Part shown: one piece after another, positions 1 to 10,514 of the stretch
How positions within the stretch are numbered: the stretch's first letter is position 1
Layout of the letters: the number at the start of each line of letters is the position of its first letter
Assembly (NCBI GenBank): GCA_029100965.1
Contig: JAQXQC010000055.1
Span: 1-56,793, forward strand
DNA from: Bacilli bacterium
GTDB taxonomy: Bacteria; Bacillota_I; Bacilli_A; RF39; UBA660
Length of the DNA stretch: 56,793 nucleotides
Direction of reading: 5' to 3'
The notes under the pieces: generated by a model
Told to the model about the DNA's origin: nothing
Databases searched by the model: none
The model's input: the letters and a program-made list of their open reading frames with translations, nothing else
Position numbers and translations under genes: made by a program

Positions 1-181
1 GAAATTTTAGAAACATGAAATCTAGAATTATGATAATAACAAATATATTTAGAAAAGATAAAAGAGAGTACCACACAAAGTATAGTACTCCCAAATATGC
101 ATAACTAATTTATACTAGGTCCGCTTAATTTCGAAGAACCATTTTTTAATATCCTTTAGAAATTTTAAAATAAGATACAAT

Positions 182-219
182 AAAAATCACATCTAAAAAT
201 TCTTTAGATGTGATTTTTC
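182..219 (-). terminator. Rho-independent terminator downstream of the lectin-lysozyme gene (bidirectional shape)
   Basis: A perfect 12-bp stem (atcacatctaaa at 186-197, tttagatgtgat at 203-214) with a 5-nt loop. It has an A-run on one side and a T-run on the other. Confidence 0.6.
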
Positions 220-298
220 AGGTTTATTGACTTTTTTAGAAAATTTGATGATTCCAACATATATAAGTAATTATGTTAGTTTCTTAATTAGAAAAAAA

Positions 299-2815
299 TT
301 AATCAAATATATCCCATCCAAGATCTAAATCAACATTTGTCTTGATTCCATCGATTTTTCCATTTTCGGAAAATTGCCATAATTTATAAGATGCTTGGTT
401 ATAAGTAGGGCTAGAAGATAATGCTTGATTATGGTTTGTTAATTTTGTCTGCCATTCAGCTAGCCATATATTGTATTTATTTTTTAAGTTATTCGTATCT
501 AGATAATTGGTTAACCAGCTCTTATTTGCATAAATACCACAATTATATCCGTTTGCTTCAATATTTTCACAAAAAGTTGAAGCAATGTTCGTTAATCTTT
601 CTTTTCCAAGATAAGTAAGTTTTGGTTCTTCCATATCAATATAAACGGATGTTTTTAAATTTGGTTTATAACTTACTTCTCTTAATACTCTTAAAACATG
701 TTCTGCTTCACTTGTTGCCGATTCGGAGTCTGCATTTAACCTTGTTGAACCAGTAACATTCTTAGCATAGGAATACAAGTAAACGGCATAAGGAATATTA
801 TACTTTTCACAATTTTGGACATTGGTTACAAATTTTTTATCGTCTTGTGAAAGCCAATTATCTCCAATTCCAAGTTTTATTACAACAAAATCAATATTTG
901 TATTAGCAACTTTTTCCCAGTCAATATCTCCCTGATACGAAGAAACATCGATTCCGGTATAACTTTTTTTAGTCTGGTTAACATTAAGTTTAAACAATTG
1001 ATTTGGATTAGTGTTGTTACATGTCCCAACTTGAATGTTTGTACCATTTTCTATATTACTATTCGCTAAACAAACATTTCCTTTTTTAGAAGTAATTAAG
1101 ATACTTCCATTTCCATCATCCTTTATTCTCCATAATTGCGCATCTGTGTTATTTCTTTTATATAGTTGAACATAATTTCCAGGTGTAATATTGCCTCCTT
1201 TTAAATCAATTGTTGTATTTCTGTTTAATGAACTTGTAATACTATAATAACCATTTTCTTCATAGTTAAAATACCAAATTTGAGATTTATTGTTATTAGA
1301 TGTAAAAATTTGAATATTTGTTTCATTTTGTTTTGACCCATTAGCAACTTCAATGACTTTGTTTTTGTCAATTGAACTAGAAATCGTGTAGTAACCATTC
1401 GCGATGGTTTTTCCATTTTCATTAATCTTTGTTTGTTCTATATAAAATATTTGAGCATTTTGTTGGTTAGGGGAGGTAAGATTAACATTTGTTCCATTCG
1501 CAATGTTACCATTTGAAATATTAAAATATAGCTGATTTTGGTTGATAAGATAAAACGTATTTTCATCGATATATTGTAAACTCCATTCTGTTGGTGTTTC
1601 TTGTAATAAAACATTGTTATTATTGTCACTAGATAAATATAGATTAGAATTTAATCCAGATTTGATGTAATAATTTTTATTCGCTAGTTTTTCAAAATAC
1701 CACTTTTGCGCATTTGTGTTATTGTCATCATAAGTTTGTACGTTTGTATTAGAAAGTCCAATTCCACCAGTTACATCAATAACTTTATTTCGATTATGAT
1801 TTGATTTGATCGTATAAATTCCACTTTCTAATGTTTGTTCATCAATTTTTGTAAATTGAAATATTTGTGCATTAGTGCCATTATCATAGTAAATTTGTAC
1901 ATTGGTTCCATTAGTAGAACCCGCTCCGTTTAAATCAAGTGCGAGTCTATATTTTTTAGTCATAATTTGATAATAGCCATTGTGTAAATCTTTGATTATC
2001 CAAGTTTGTGCATCAGTATTATTACAATCATATAGTTGTACATTCGTTCCACCGGTGAAAGATGCACCATTTACATCAAGACATTTTTGCTTATTTAATT
2101 TACTATGAATAGAGTAATATCCATTTTCAAGATATTTAACTATCCATTTTTGCGCATTCGTATTATTTTTTTCGTAAAGTTGAACATTTGCGTAATTTGC
2201 CTGACTTCCTCCAGAGACGTCAATAACTTTATTGGGATTCAAGATACTACCTATCGTATAAGTACCATCTTCTATTGTTTTTTCTGGTGTTGTAATTTTT
2301 ATTAATTTAAATTTTTGTGCATTCGTATTATTACATTGATATAATTGAACATTAGTACCATTTGAAGTTCCTCCCCCTTTTAAATCTAAGCAATAATTAT
2401 TGTCTATTGATTTTATGGTATAAATTTCATTTCCTATAGGAACTAAATTCCATTTTTGTGCATTCGTATTATTGGCATCATATAGTTGAATATTTGAAGA
2501 ATTTGTAAACAATCCATAGGTAATATCAAAGACTTTGTTTTGGTTGATACTACTAGCGATTCGATAATATCCGTCATCTTGTTTTGTAAAAATCCATTTT
2601 TGTGCATTCGTATCATTATCTTGATACAATTGAATATTAGAACCATTCGAAGTATTAGCACCAGATAAGTCAATTACTTTACTATTATTGAGTGTACCTT
2701 GAATAATATAAGTACCATCAGAAAATTCTTCTGCGTATGCTATTTTGAAGTTAAAAATTAAAGTAATTGTTAAAAGTAATAAGATTTTTTTCTTTTTCAT
2801 TAAATTTCTTTTCAT
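299..2815 (-). CDS. Secreted GH25-type lysozyme (muramidase) preceded by four ricin-B (beta-trefoil) lectin domains
   Basis: There is an N-terminal signal peptide (KKKILLLLTITLIFNFKIAYA). About 12 subrepeats of roughly 45 aa end in QxW-type motifs (NAQKW, DAQTW, NAQIF, SQIW), which makes four trefoils. The C-terminus has GH25-like motifs (GIDVSSYQGDIDW, YLYSYA, LWQFSENGKIDGI..VDLDL). Confidence 0.8.
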   Translation of the reverse strand: MKRNLMKKKKILLLLTITLIFNFKIAYAEEFSDGTYIIQGTLNNSKVIDLSGANTSNGSNIQLYQDNDTNAQKWIFTKQDDGYYRIASSINQNKVFDITYGLFTNSSNIQLYDANNTNAQKWNLVPIGNEIYTIKSIDNNYCLDLKGGGTSNGTNVQLYQCNNTNAQKFKLIKITTPEKTIEDGTYTIGSILNPNKVIDVSGGSQANYANVQLYEKNNTNAQKWIVKYLENGYYSIHSKLNKQKCLDVNGASFTGGTNVQLYDCNNTDAQTWIIKDLHNGYYQIMTKKYRLALDLNGAGSTNGTNVQIYYDNGTNAQIFQFTKIDEQTLESGIYTIKSNHNRNKVIDVTGGIGLSNTNVQTYDDNNTNAQKWYFEKLANKNYYIKSGLNSNLYLSSDNNNNVLLQETPTEWSLQYIDENTFYLINQNQLYFNISNGNIANGTNVNLTSPNQQNAQIFYIEQTKINENGKTIANGYYTISSSIDKNKVIEVANGSKQNETNIQIFTSNNNKSQIWYFNYEENGYYSITSSLNRNTTIDLKGGNITPGNYVQLYKRNNTDAQLWRIKDDGNGSILITSKKGNVCLANSNIENGTNIQVGTCNNTNPNQLFKLNVNQTKKSYTGIDVSSYQGDIDWEKVANTNIDFVVIKLGIGDNWLSQDDKKFVTNVQNCEKYNIPYAVYLYSYAKNVTGSTRLNADSESATSEAEHVLRVLREVSYKPNLKTSVYIDMEEPKLTYLGKERLTNIASTFCENIEANGYNCGIYANKSWLTNYLDTNNLKNKYNIWLAEWQTKLTNHNQALSSSPTYNQASYKLWQFSENGKIDGIKTNVDLDLGWDIFD

Positions 2816-3041
2816 TAAATCATGCTCCTTTCATTTTCTATAAAATTATATCACAGTTATTTGGTGCTTGTATAGAGGAAAGAATATTTCTTTTTTTATT
2901 ATTTAGTAACTCTTGAATAGTTTACATGATTATTGGTAAAGCAACTGATATTTGCTTTACTTTCTTTTTATTTATTCGTTATAATAGAAATAAGAAGGAG
3001 AGTTATTTTTCAGTATTTTAATTTGAAAAAGCAAGTGTATT

Positions 3042-3995
3042 ATGATGGAAAAGTTATATATTGTTATTCCTTGTTATAATGAGGAAGAGGTTTTAGATAA
3101 AACAAAAACTGAATTAAAGAAGAAAATGAATACTTTAATTCAAAATAAAAAGATTGATAAACAATCTAAAGTAATATTTGTTAATGATGGATCTAAAGAT
3201 AAGACTTGGGATTTAATTCAACAATTTTATCAGGTAGATAAGCTTTTTGGAGGAATTAATTTATCGAGAAATAGAGGACATCAGAATGCTTTATTAGCAG
3301 GTCTTTTGACGGTTAAGGATGATGCTGATATTGTTATTAGTATGGATGCTGATTTACAAGATGATATTGATGCTATAGATTTAATGATTGAGAAAAGAAA
3401 AGAAGGCGCTGATGTTGTTTATGGGGTTAGAAATAGTAGGAAGAAAGATAGTTTCTTTAAAAGGACAACAGCCCAAGGTTTTTATCGGGTAATGAAGATG
3501 CTTGGCGTAGATGTTATTTATAATCATGCTGATTACCGACTTACTTCAAGAAGAGTATTGGATTCATTAAAGGATTATAGAGAAGTTAATTTATTTTTAA
3601 GAGGAATATTTCCTTTAATTGGATTTAAGAGTGATATTGTTTATTATGAGAGAAAAGAAAGATTTGCTGGGAAGAGTAAGTATCCTTTGAAGAAGATGTT
3701 AAATTTTGCGTGGGATGGGATTACTTCTTTTAGTGTTAAGCCTATTCGTTTGGTTTTAAATGTAGGAGTTGTAATTTTATTTCTTAGTTTTTTAATGATT
3801 CTTTATTCTGTTATTCAAAAAGTATTAGGAAATACAGTAGATGGATGGACTTTTATTGTTTGTTCCTTATGGCTTTTAGGAGGAATACAAATGTTATCTC
3901 TTGGAATTATTGGTGAATATATTGGAAAGATTTATAGTGAAACAAAGGCAAGACCTAGATATTTAGTTACAGACTATTTAGTTTCTAAGAATTAG
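3042..3995 (+). CDS. GT2 polyprenyl-phosphate glycosyltransferase (GtrB/CsbB-like)
   Basis: GT-A motifs are present (IVIPCYNEEE, VNDGSKDKT, MDADLQDD). Two C-terminal TM helices are typical of bactoprenol-phosphate sugar transferases. Confidence 0.8.
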   Translation: MMEKLYIVIPCYNEEEVLDKTKTELKKKMNTLIQNKKIDKQSKVIFVNDGSKDKTWDLIQQFYQVDKLFGGINLSRNRGHQNALLAGLLTVKDDADIVISMDADLQDDIDAIDLMIEKRKEGADVVYGVRNSRKKDSFFKRTTAQGFYRVMKMLGVDVIYNHADYRLTSRRVLDSLKDYREVNLFLRGIFPLIGFKSDIVYYERKERFAGKSKYPLKKMLNFAWDGITSFSVKPIRLVLNVGVVILFLSFLMILYSVIQKVLGNTVDGWTFIVCSLWLLGGIQMLSLGIIGEYIGKIYSETKARPRYLVTDYLVSKN

Positions 3996-4094
3996 ATTTA
4001 AGAGTATTTAATTAGGATTAAAATTTTATTATATATTGTAATTTGATGAAAAATATTAGATAATAATTTTATAATAAATTAGGGATGTGAAGTT

Positions 4095-5342
4095 GTGTGT
4101 AAGAGGAGAAAAAAAGTAATATTAGTTATAGGAATCGTTTTTACGATTATGGTAATAGGAATAGTTGGTGTAGTATTGCTTGATAGACAAAAGGAGGAGC
4201 CTCGGATAAAAGAATTGAGAGTAGAGTTAGGAGGCAAGTTAACAAATAATATTAAAGATTATTTAGGAAATAAAGATTTTAGATATGATGAATATGAGCT
4301 AAGTAATAGTGAATATAAGGATGAGGTGGGAAAGTATTCTTATATTGTTTCTAAGAAGAAGAGGAGTGTTTTAGATAAAGTACTGAAAAAGAAGACAATT
4401 TATTATGGGAATATTTATGTTGTAGATACCGTTTCACCTGTTTTAGAGGTTAAAGATATTGAAATTAAACAAGGAGAAGAAATTAGTTTAAATTCTTTTG
4501 TTGAAAGTTGTACAGATTTGTCAGAATGTTCAATTTCTTCTCCTGATGTAAGTAAATTAATTGAAATGCAATCTAAAGTTGGGGAATATGATTTAAATAT
4601 TGTTGGTGCTGATAAATATGGAAATACAGTTCAAAAAAAAGTTCATTTAAAAGTTAATGAGGTTCCTAAAGTTGAAGTTAAGAAAGAAGTTTCATCAGTT
4701 AGTAAAGGAAATGGGATTGCTGTTTTAAATTATCATTTTACGATAAGTGATGAAGAGAAAAGTAGTTGTTCACCATCTTCTATTTGTATGAATGAGAATT
4801 TATTTGATGAACATTTAAAATATATTAAAGAAAATGGTTTTTATACCGCAACATTAAAAGAGTTAGAAGATTATTTAGATGGATATATTGATTTACCAAA
4901 GAAGAGTGTTGTGATTACAATTGATGATGGATGGTTTGTGTCACGGGCGATTGAACGGTTGGAGAAGTATGATTTGCATGGTGTATTGTTTTTGATTGGG
5001 AGTTTAGCTCCAGTTACTGATTATGCGAGTAAAAATTTGGAAATTGCTTCTCATACTTGGAATTTACATGGAGCTTATGGATCGCTAGTGAATGCTTCTT
5101 TTGATACGATTATTGAAGATTTAAGTCAAAGCAAATCTTCTTTAAATGGAACACCTTATTTTTGTTATCCGTTTTATCAATATGATAATCATGTTATTGA
5201 GGCCTTGAAACAGACTGGATTTACGATGGCTTTTGCTGGGGGAGGCGTTAAAGCTAGAAGAGGTGTTGATAAATATAAGGTACCAAGAATTGTAGTTGGT
5301 GGAAATGATTCGGTTGCTACTCTTGCTAGTTATATTAATTGA
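4095..5342 (+). CDS. Membrane-anchored polysaccharide deacetylase (NodB/CE4 domain)
   Basis: An N-terminal TM helix is followed by a C-terminal NodB-like region (VVITIDDGW, HTWNLH). The start codon is GTG. Confidence 0.7.
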   Translation: MCKRRKKVILVIGIVFTIMVIGIVGVVLLDRQKEEPRIKELRVELGGKLTNNIKDYLGNKDFRYDEYELSNSEYKDEVGKYSYIVSKKKRSVLDKVLKKKTIYYGNIYVVDTVSPVLEVKDIEIKQGEEISLNSFVESCTDLSECSISSPDVSKLIEMQSKVGEYDLNIVGADKYGNTVQKKVHLKVNEVPKVEVKKEVSSVSKGNGIAVLNYHFTISDEEKSSCSPSSICMNENLFDEHLKYIKENGFYTATLKELEDYLDGYIDLPKKSVVITIDDGWFVSRAIERLEKYDLHGVLFLIGSLAPVTDYASKNLEIASHTWNLHGAYGSLVNASFDTIIEDLSQSKSSLNGTPYFCYPFYQYDNHVIEALKQTGFTMAFAGGGVKARRGVDKYKVPRIVVGGNDSVATLASYIN

Positions 5343-5357
5343 AAGGTGATTTAAAAA

Positions 5358-5816
5358 ATGAAAGAAAAGAAGAATTATAGTTTGAGATTTATTCAGTGGG
5401 GATTAAAAGTACTTCATTTGAATTTAAGTGAAGATAAGGTACATTTATTGGTACAAATATTTAATTTTGCGATTGTTGGGGTTATTGCTACTTTAATTGA
5501 TTTTATCTTTTTATATTTATTTAGGGAAGTATGTCATTTTAATGTTGTTGTTGCAAATAGTTTATCTTTTGCTATTTCTGTTATTTATAATTATTTTGCT
5601 AGTTTAACTTTTGTTTTTGATGTAGATAAGAGTAAAAGTCAGGGAAGAAACTTTGTTATTTTTATGGTTTGTAGTATAATAGGATTAGGGTTGAATGATT
5701 TATTCGTGTGGTTGATAACAGATATTTGTCATGTTTATTATATGATATCTAAAGTTATTGCTACGGTATTTGTGATGATTTTTAATTTTGTTACGAGAAA
5801 GAAATTTTTAGAGTAG
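5358..5816 (+). CDS. GtrA-family membrane protein (putative lipid-linked sugar flippase)
   Basis: The protein is about 150 aa with four TM segments, and its sequence pattern is GtrA-like (FAIVGVIATLIDFIFLYL ... NFVTRKKF). Confidence 0.7.
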   Translation: MKEKKNYSLRFIQWGLKVLHLNLSEDKVHLLVQIFNFAIVGVIATLIDFIFLYLFREVCHFNVVVANSLSFAISVIYNYFASLTFVFDVDKSKSQGRNFVIFMVCSIIGLGLNDLFVWLITDICHVYYMISKVIATVFVMIFNFVTRKKFLE

Positions 5817-5863
5817 GAGGATATTATGCAAGTTGTATATATTGATTGTGAGGAAGAGTTATA

Positions 5864-6307
5864 ATGGAACGTCAAGAAGATAATGATTTATTTTATACTT
5901 GTAGTCTAATTGAATATATTGCTAGAATAACGGAAAATAAAAAAAGTGTTATTGTTTCAAAGTTAGGAAGAGAAAATATTGAAAAAATTTATCGATTAGC
6001 AAGTGTTTATCATGCTGAAAATATTGATAAGGTGGCTTCTGATTTTATAGAAGAATGTGGGATAGAAAAAGGAAATTATTGTATTCAGATTGATGTAGGA
6101 AATTCTATTCCTAGTTATTATGATATTGGTAAAGTTTATAAGAGATTAATTATAATGATAGATAATCGTCCAGAATATTATGTGGATAATTTAATAAAGG
6201 TACTTTCTTCTTGGATTATTTTAGAGATTGATAATTATAATAGTAGTATGTATTATGAGAATCCTAGTTATATTTATGCATGTTATCAAGAGGGAAAGGT
6301 TTTATAG
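5864..6307 (+). CDS. Hypothetical protein
   Basis: An ORF in operon context with no motif I recognise. Confidence 0.4.
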   Translation: MERQEDNDLFYTCSLIEYIARITENKKSVIVSKLGRENIEKIYRLASVYHAENIDKVASDFIEECGIEKGNYCIQIDVGNSIPSYYDIGKVYKRLIIMIDNRPEYYVDNLIKVLSSWIILEIDNYNSSMYYENPSYIYACYQEGKVL

Positions 6308-6318
6308 GAGGAATGAAG

Positions 6319-7329
6319 ATGAAAATATTAGTAACAGGTGGATGTGGTTATATTGGTAGTCATACAGTAGTAGAATTATTAAATCATGGAATAGAAACAG
6401 TAATTATTGATAATTTGGTTAATTCTAAAAAGGAAGTAATTTCTAAGATTGAAGAAATTACGAAGAAAAAGCCTATTTTTTATGAAGGAGATGTAAGAGA
6501 TGAAGAACTCTTAAGAAGTATTTTTAAGTCTCATAAAATTGATGCTGTAATTCATTTTGCTGGGTTAAAAGCAGTAGGGGAATCGGTTGAAAAGCCTTTG
6601 GAATATTATCGGAATAATTTAGATAGTACTTTAATATTGCTTAGTGTGATGAGAGAGTTTAAAGTGAAGAGAATGATTTTTAGTAGTAGTGCGACGGTTT
6701 ATGGGGAGTGTAAGATAGTACCAATTAAGGAAGAATATCCAGTTGGTGGTACAACTAATCCTTATGGTACAACAAAGCTTATGATTGAACATATTTTAAA
6801 GGATTTAGCTATTTCAGATAAAGATATGTCGATTGTAATTTTAAGATATTTTAATCCAATTGGGGCTCATAGTAGTGGATTGATTGGGGATGATCCTAAT
6901 GGTATTCCTAATAATTTGATGCCTTATATTGTAAAAGTTGCTAGTGGAGATTTGCCTTATTTAAATGTTTTTGGTTCTGATTATGATACATCTGATGGAA
7001 CGGGAGTAAGAGATTATATTCATGTGGTTGATCTTGCTATTGGGCATGTTAAGGCTCTTTCTAAGGTAATGAAGGATACAGGAGTATTTATTTATAATTT
7101 AGGAACGGGAAGAGGATATAGTGTACTTGAGATTGTTAAGAGTTTTGAAGAGGTAAATAAGGTAAGTATTCCTTATGAAATAAAAGAAAGAAGAGCAGGA
7201 GATATTGCTTCTTGTTATGCTGATGTAAAAAAGGCTGAAGAAGAATTAGGATTTAAAGCTAAATATGGAATAGAAGAAATGGTTAGAGATAGTTGGGGTT
7301 TTTATTTAAGGAATAATGAAGAAAAATAG
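6319..7329 (+). CDS. galE: UDP-glucose 4-epimerase
   Basis: MKILVTGGCGYIGSH Rossmann motif, a YGTTK catalytic motif, and full-length GalE-like sequence. I prefer the ATG at 6319, which sits 7 nt after AGGAGG, over the ORF-track start at 6280. Confidence 0.9.
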   Translation: MKILVTGGCGYIGSHTVVELLNHGIETVIIDNLVNSKKEVISKIEEITKKKPIFYEGDVRDEELLRSIFKSHKIDAVIHFAGLKAVGESVEKPLEYYRNNLDSTLILLSVMREFKVKRMIFSSSATVYGECKIVPIKEEYPVGGTTNPYGTTKLMIEHILKDLAISDKDMSIVILRYFNPIGAHSSGLIGDDPNGIPNNLMPYIVKVASGDLPYLNVFGSDYDTSDGTGVRDYIHVVDLAIGHVKALSKVMKDTGVFIYNLGTGRGYSVLEIVKSFEEVNKVSIPYEIKERRAGDIASCYADVKKAEEELGFKAKYGIEEMVRDSWGFYLRNNEEK

Positions 7330-8632
7330 AAAAAAATTTTTAAGTCCTTATTTTCTTCTTTTTGTCTTTTTTTCTTTTCTTTTTTTTATTCATTGCTTTA
7401 CTAAATTTGGGGGAGATGATACTTCTTATTTTTCTTTGATGTTAGATACTTATTCTTTGTTTTCATTTTTAAAAATGAGGTATTTATCTTGGTCTAGTCG
7501 TATTATTATTGAGGGATTTTTAGTTGTTTTAAGTAGGTATCTATATTTATGGAGGTTTCTAGATAGTTTTATTTATACTTTATTGATTTATGCTAGTAAT
7601 CGTTTATTTTTTAAGAAAATATCTTTTAAGAATTTGCTTTTGACAGGTCTTGTTTTGTTATTATATCCTTTTTTGTTTGTAGGAGAAACGGGTTATTGTG
7701 CAACTTCTTTAAATTATTTATGGCCTCTTGCTTTGATGATGGTAGGATTTTTACCATATAGATTTTATTTATATCATGAAAGAATTCCTAGATATTTGTA
7801 TCCTATTAGTGTTTTAAGTATTCTTTATGCAGTTAATCATGAGCAAGCTGTTTGTATAGTATTTGCTGTATCAGTATTTTTTCTTATTTATGCTTTTATT
7901 CAAAGGAGTTCTAAAAGGTATCCAATTCTTTTAGTTTTACTTAGTACAATAAGTTTAGTTTTTATTTTGACTTGTCCGGGTAATTCTAATAGAATGGGAA
8001 TAGAACTTGCTCATTATTATCCAGATTATATCAATGCTAATATTATGGATAAAATTTATTTAGGAATGGTTTCTAGTACATCTATTTTATTAGATTGTAC
8101 ATGGATAATTTATTTTTTTGGTTTTATTTTATTTCTAAGTATTATTAGAAATGTAAAAAGAAGAGTTCCTAAAATTATTGCAATGATTTATTTTGGTATG
8201 TTAACTTTTATCTTTTTATTAAAAGTATATTGTGAAATTAAGAATTATCAGTATGGATTATTTAATTACTTTACTCAAGTAGGACATGTTTTTGTGTTTA
8301 GTAGGACAAATATTTGTTGGTTATTACTTATTGGTTTCTTATTTTGTACGATGATTTATTTACTTTATCAATTAGATAAAAAGAAATGTATTATTCCTAT
8401 TTTTATTCTTTTGTTAGGTTGTGGTAGTAGACTTATGATGGGATTTTCTCCTACTGTTTTTGCGTCTGGGAAAAGAACGGTAATTTTTCTATTTTTTTCT
8501 TTTTTGTTTTTAAGTATTCTTTTGATAAAGAAGTATTTTTCTTCATTTAAGAAAATTGATAAGAGATGTTTAATGTTTTTGCTTTTTGCTTTTTTTCTTT
8601 TAAATTTAGGAATATTCTTTTTTAGAATATGA
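7316..8632 (+). CDS. Polytopic membrane protein, possible GT-C-type glycosyltransferase or polymerase
   Basis: At least 10 predicted TM helices, and it sits inside the glycosylation cluster. The function is inferred from context only. Confidence 0.45.
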   Translation: MKKNRKKFLSPYFLLFVFFSFLFFIHCFTKFGGDDTSYFSLMLDTYSLFSFLKMRYLSWSSRIIIEGFLVVLSRYLYLWRFLDSFIYTLLIYASNRLFFKKISFKNLLLTGLVLLLYPFLFVGETGYCATSLNYLWPLALMMVGFLPYRFYLYHERIPRYLYPISVLSILYAVNHEQAVCIVFAVSVFFLIYAFIQRSSKRYPILLVLLSTISLVFILTCPGNSNRMGIELAHYYPDYINANIMDKIYLGMVSSTSILLDCTWIIYFFGFILFLSIIRNVKRRVPKIIAMIYFGMLTFIFLLKVYCEIKNYQYGLFNYFTQVGHVFVFSRTNICWLLLIGFLFCTMIYLLYQLDKKKCIIPIFILLLGCGSRLMMGFSPTVFASGKRTVIFLFFSFLFLSILLIKKYFSSFKKIDKRCLMFLLFAFFLLNLGIFFFRI

Positions 8633-8639
8633 TATTTAG

Positions 8640-10415
8640 TTGGGTGGTAATATGGAAAAAATATTTTATATAATATCTGTTATTTTTCTTATTTTCTCTT
8701 ACTTATTGTTTTTTAAATCAAAGAAGAAGTTAAGTGTTATAAGAGAATTTATTTATTCTATTTGTTTATTTTATTGTTATAATGTTTTAGTTGTTCATGT
8801 TGTTTATTTATTCAAACAAACAGGAACTTTCTTTTTATATGGTAGTATTAATATTATTATTTCTATTATTTTAGGTATAATAACTTTAATAACAAAGAGA
8901 AAACAACAATATTATTTTAAAAAAAGAGAATTTCTTTTCTTTGGTTTATTTTTTGTATTATTTATGTTACTTGGTTATTTAAGGTTTCATGGGGGGAGAT
9001 TAATTCATTATGAATCTGTAGATGCTTCTATTCATTATAGATATGCTCTTCATTTTTCAGAAACACTTTCTACTTTGACAAAAGAAAATAGTAAAGATTT
9101 GGTATATGGTAATTTTGAAAGAGGAATGTCTATTTCTTATGTAAATGGAGGCTTTTTAATTAGAATTCTTTCTTTTATTAAATCTTATCGTGTATTTTTA
9201 CTTCATGATACGATTAGTTTTGCTATTACGGGATTAATCTTTTTAAGTACTTTATTTCAACTGTTTAAGAAAAGAAATTACTTTTATTATGCTTCTCTTA
9301 TGTTTCTTTATAGTTTTTCTTTTTTATTGAATAGTTATAGCTTTGGTTTTAGTTATTTAACTTTAGGAATGATGGTGGTCAATTTATTATTTCTAACTGT
9401 ACTTTCTTATGAAAAAGAATGGGAAGAAAATGTTTGGTTTAAAATACTGATTTTGTTTATTCTTTCGTTTTCAGTCTTCTTTTCTTATTATTTATTTGTT
9501 CCTTGTATTTATCTTGCTTTAGGTATTTATTATATAAAACTTTATCAGGATAAAGAGATAAGTTTTAAACAAATGAGTTTCTATGGGATTTTTACTTTAA
9601 TTCTTCCTTTCTTTATTGGTTTTTTCTATTTTGTTTTTCCAACATTCTTTAAAGTAAAAGGGGGAGTTGCAACGGCTATTGCATTAGATGGATATATTTA
9701 TAATAATAAGACGCCTTCTTACTTTTTTGCTTTCTTTTTCTTTTATTTAGTGTATTTTGAAAGAAAGTTTCAAAAGGAAAATACTTATTTGGTTCTTAAC
9801 TTTTATTTTATTTCTTTTTATATTGTTCTCTTTTTTATTTTATTTGTTTTTCATTTATCAGGAGAATATTATTTTCATAAATTATTTTATTTATATTCTA
9901 TTTTTGTTATTTTATATTTTGGAATAAAGTTAGAAAATAAGAAGAAATATGTCTATCTTTTCACTTTTCTTACTTTAGGTAGTATGCTTTTGATTAGGGT
10001 GATGGATGATAATAAATTGACTAATTTATTATCTAAATTAAATGTATATAATTGGAATAGTTACAGTTTTAATCAAAATAGAACTTTAATTGATGAAGAT
10101 GAACTTCTTTTGATTGAAGAGAGTACTAAATATAAAGATGTTTGTAGTTATCATCATGAGTTTATTAATGCTGGAAAGAAACTTAGAAATTATTTGTTTT
10201 ATGCGATTACTAATGAAATTCCTTTAGCTGGCTATCGTAAAGATAATAAGGATGGATTAAATCAAGAAAATATTTCTTTTCATTGGTGGAGAAATTTAGA
10301 AGATTATCCTTGTATTGTTTATTTTTATGATGATAAAGTGATAGATAGTAGTATTTATCAATATCAAATTTTGTATCAAAATGAGGGCGGCGCTATTTTA
10401 AAGAAGGTTAATTAA
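8640..10415 (+). CDS. Polytopic membrane protein with a C-terminal soluble domain, possible GT-C-type glycosyltransferase
   Basis: Many TM helices followed by a soluble tail of about 150 aa. The function is inferred from context only. An alternative start is the ATG at 8652. Confidence 0.4.
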   Translation: MGGNMEKIFYIISVIFLIFSYLLFFKSKKKLSVIREFIYSICLFYCYNVLVVHVVYLFKQTGTFFLYGSINIIISIILGIITLITKRKQQYYFKKREFLFFGLFFVLFMLLGYLRFHGGRLIHYESVDASIHYRYALHFSETLSTLTKENSKDLVYGNFERGMSISYVNGGFLIRILSFIKSYRVFLLHDTISFAITGLIFLSTLFQLFKKRNYFYYASLMFLYSFSFLLNSYSFGFSYLTLGMMVVNLLFLTVLSYEKEWEENVWFKILILFILSFSVFFSYYLFVPCIYLALGIYYIKLYQDKEISFKQMSFYGIFTLILPFFIGFFYFVFPTFFKVKGGVATAIALDGYIYNNKTPSYFFAFFFFYLVYFERKFQKENTYLVLNFYFISFYIVLFFILFVFHLSGEYYFHKLFYLYSIFVILYFGIKLENKKKYVYLFTFLTLGSMLLIRVMDDNKLTNLLSKLNVYNWNSYSFNQNRTLIDEDELLLIEESTKYKDVCSYHHEFINAGKKLRNYLFYAITNEIPLAGYRKDNKDGLNQENISFHWWRNLEDYPCIVYFYDDKVIDSSIYQYQILYQNEGGAILKKVN

Positions 10416-10514
10416 TAATTAAATTAAAATAAAAATATTGAATTTTATTTCTTCTTTTGGTAAAATTTTAGAGGAAGATAGATAATATCTTTGAGAAGAA
10501 AGGGGAGATAATTT

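Noticed and set aside
186-214. The terminator stem at 186-214 (atcacatctaaa...) and the one at 52478-52502 share a 12-nt arm, which could indicate a REP-like dispersed repeat.
   Set aside because: There are only two copies. The similarity is limited to a short AT-rich arm. Both are fully explained as ordinary terminators.
421-2673. Five short ORFs (421-618, 1225-1422, 1438-1629, 2105-2305, 2443-2673) inside or antisense to the lectin-lysozyme gene.
   Set aside because: They lie entirely within a strongly supported 838-aa CDS. Their low-complexity translations are typical of AT-rich off-frame or antisense reading.
299-2815. Periodic repeats that might suggest a CRISPR array or tandem DNA repeat.
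   Set aside because: The periodicity is at the protein level (ricin QxW subrepeats). The DNA copies are diverged and in frame, with no direct-repeat/spacer structure. I saw no CRISPR array anywhere in the window.
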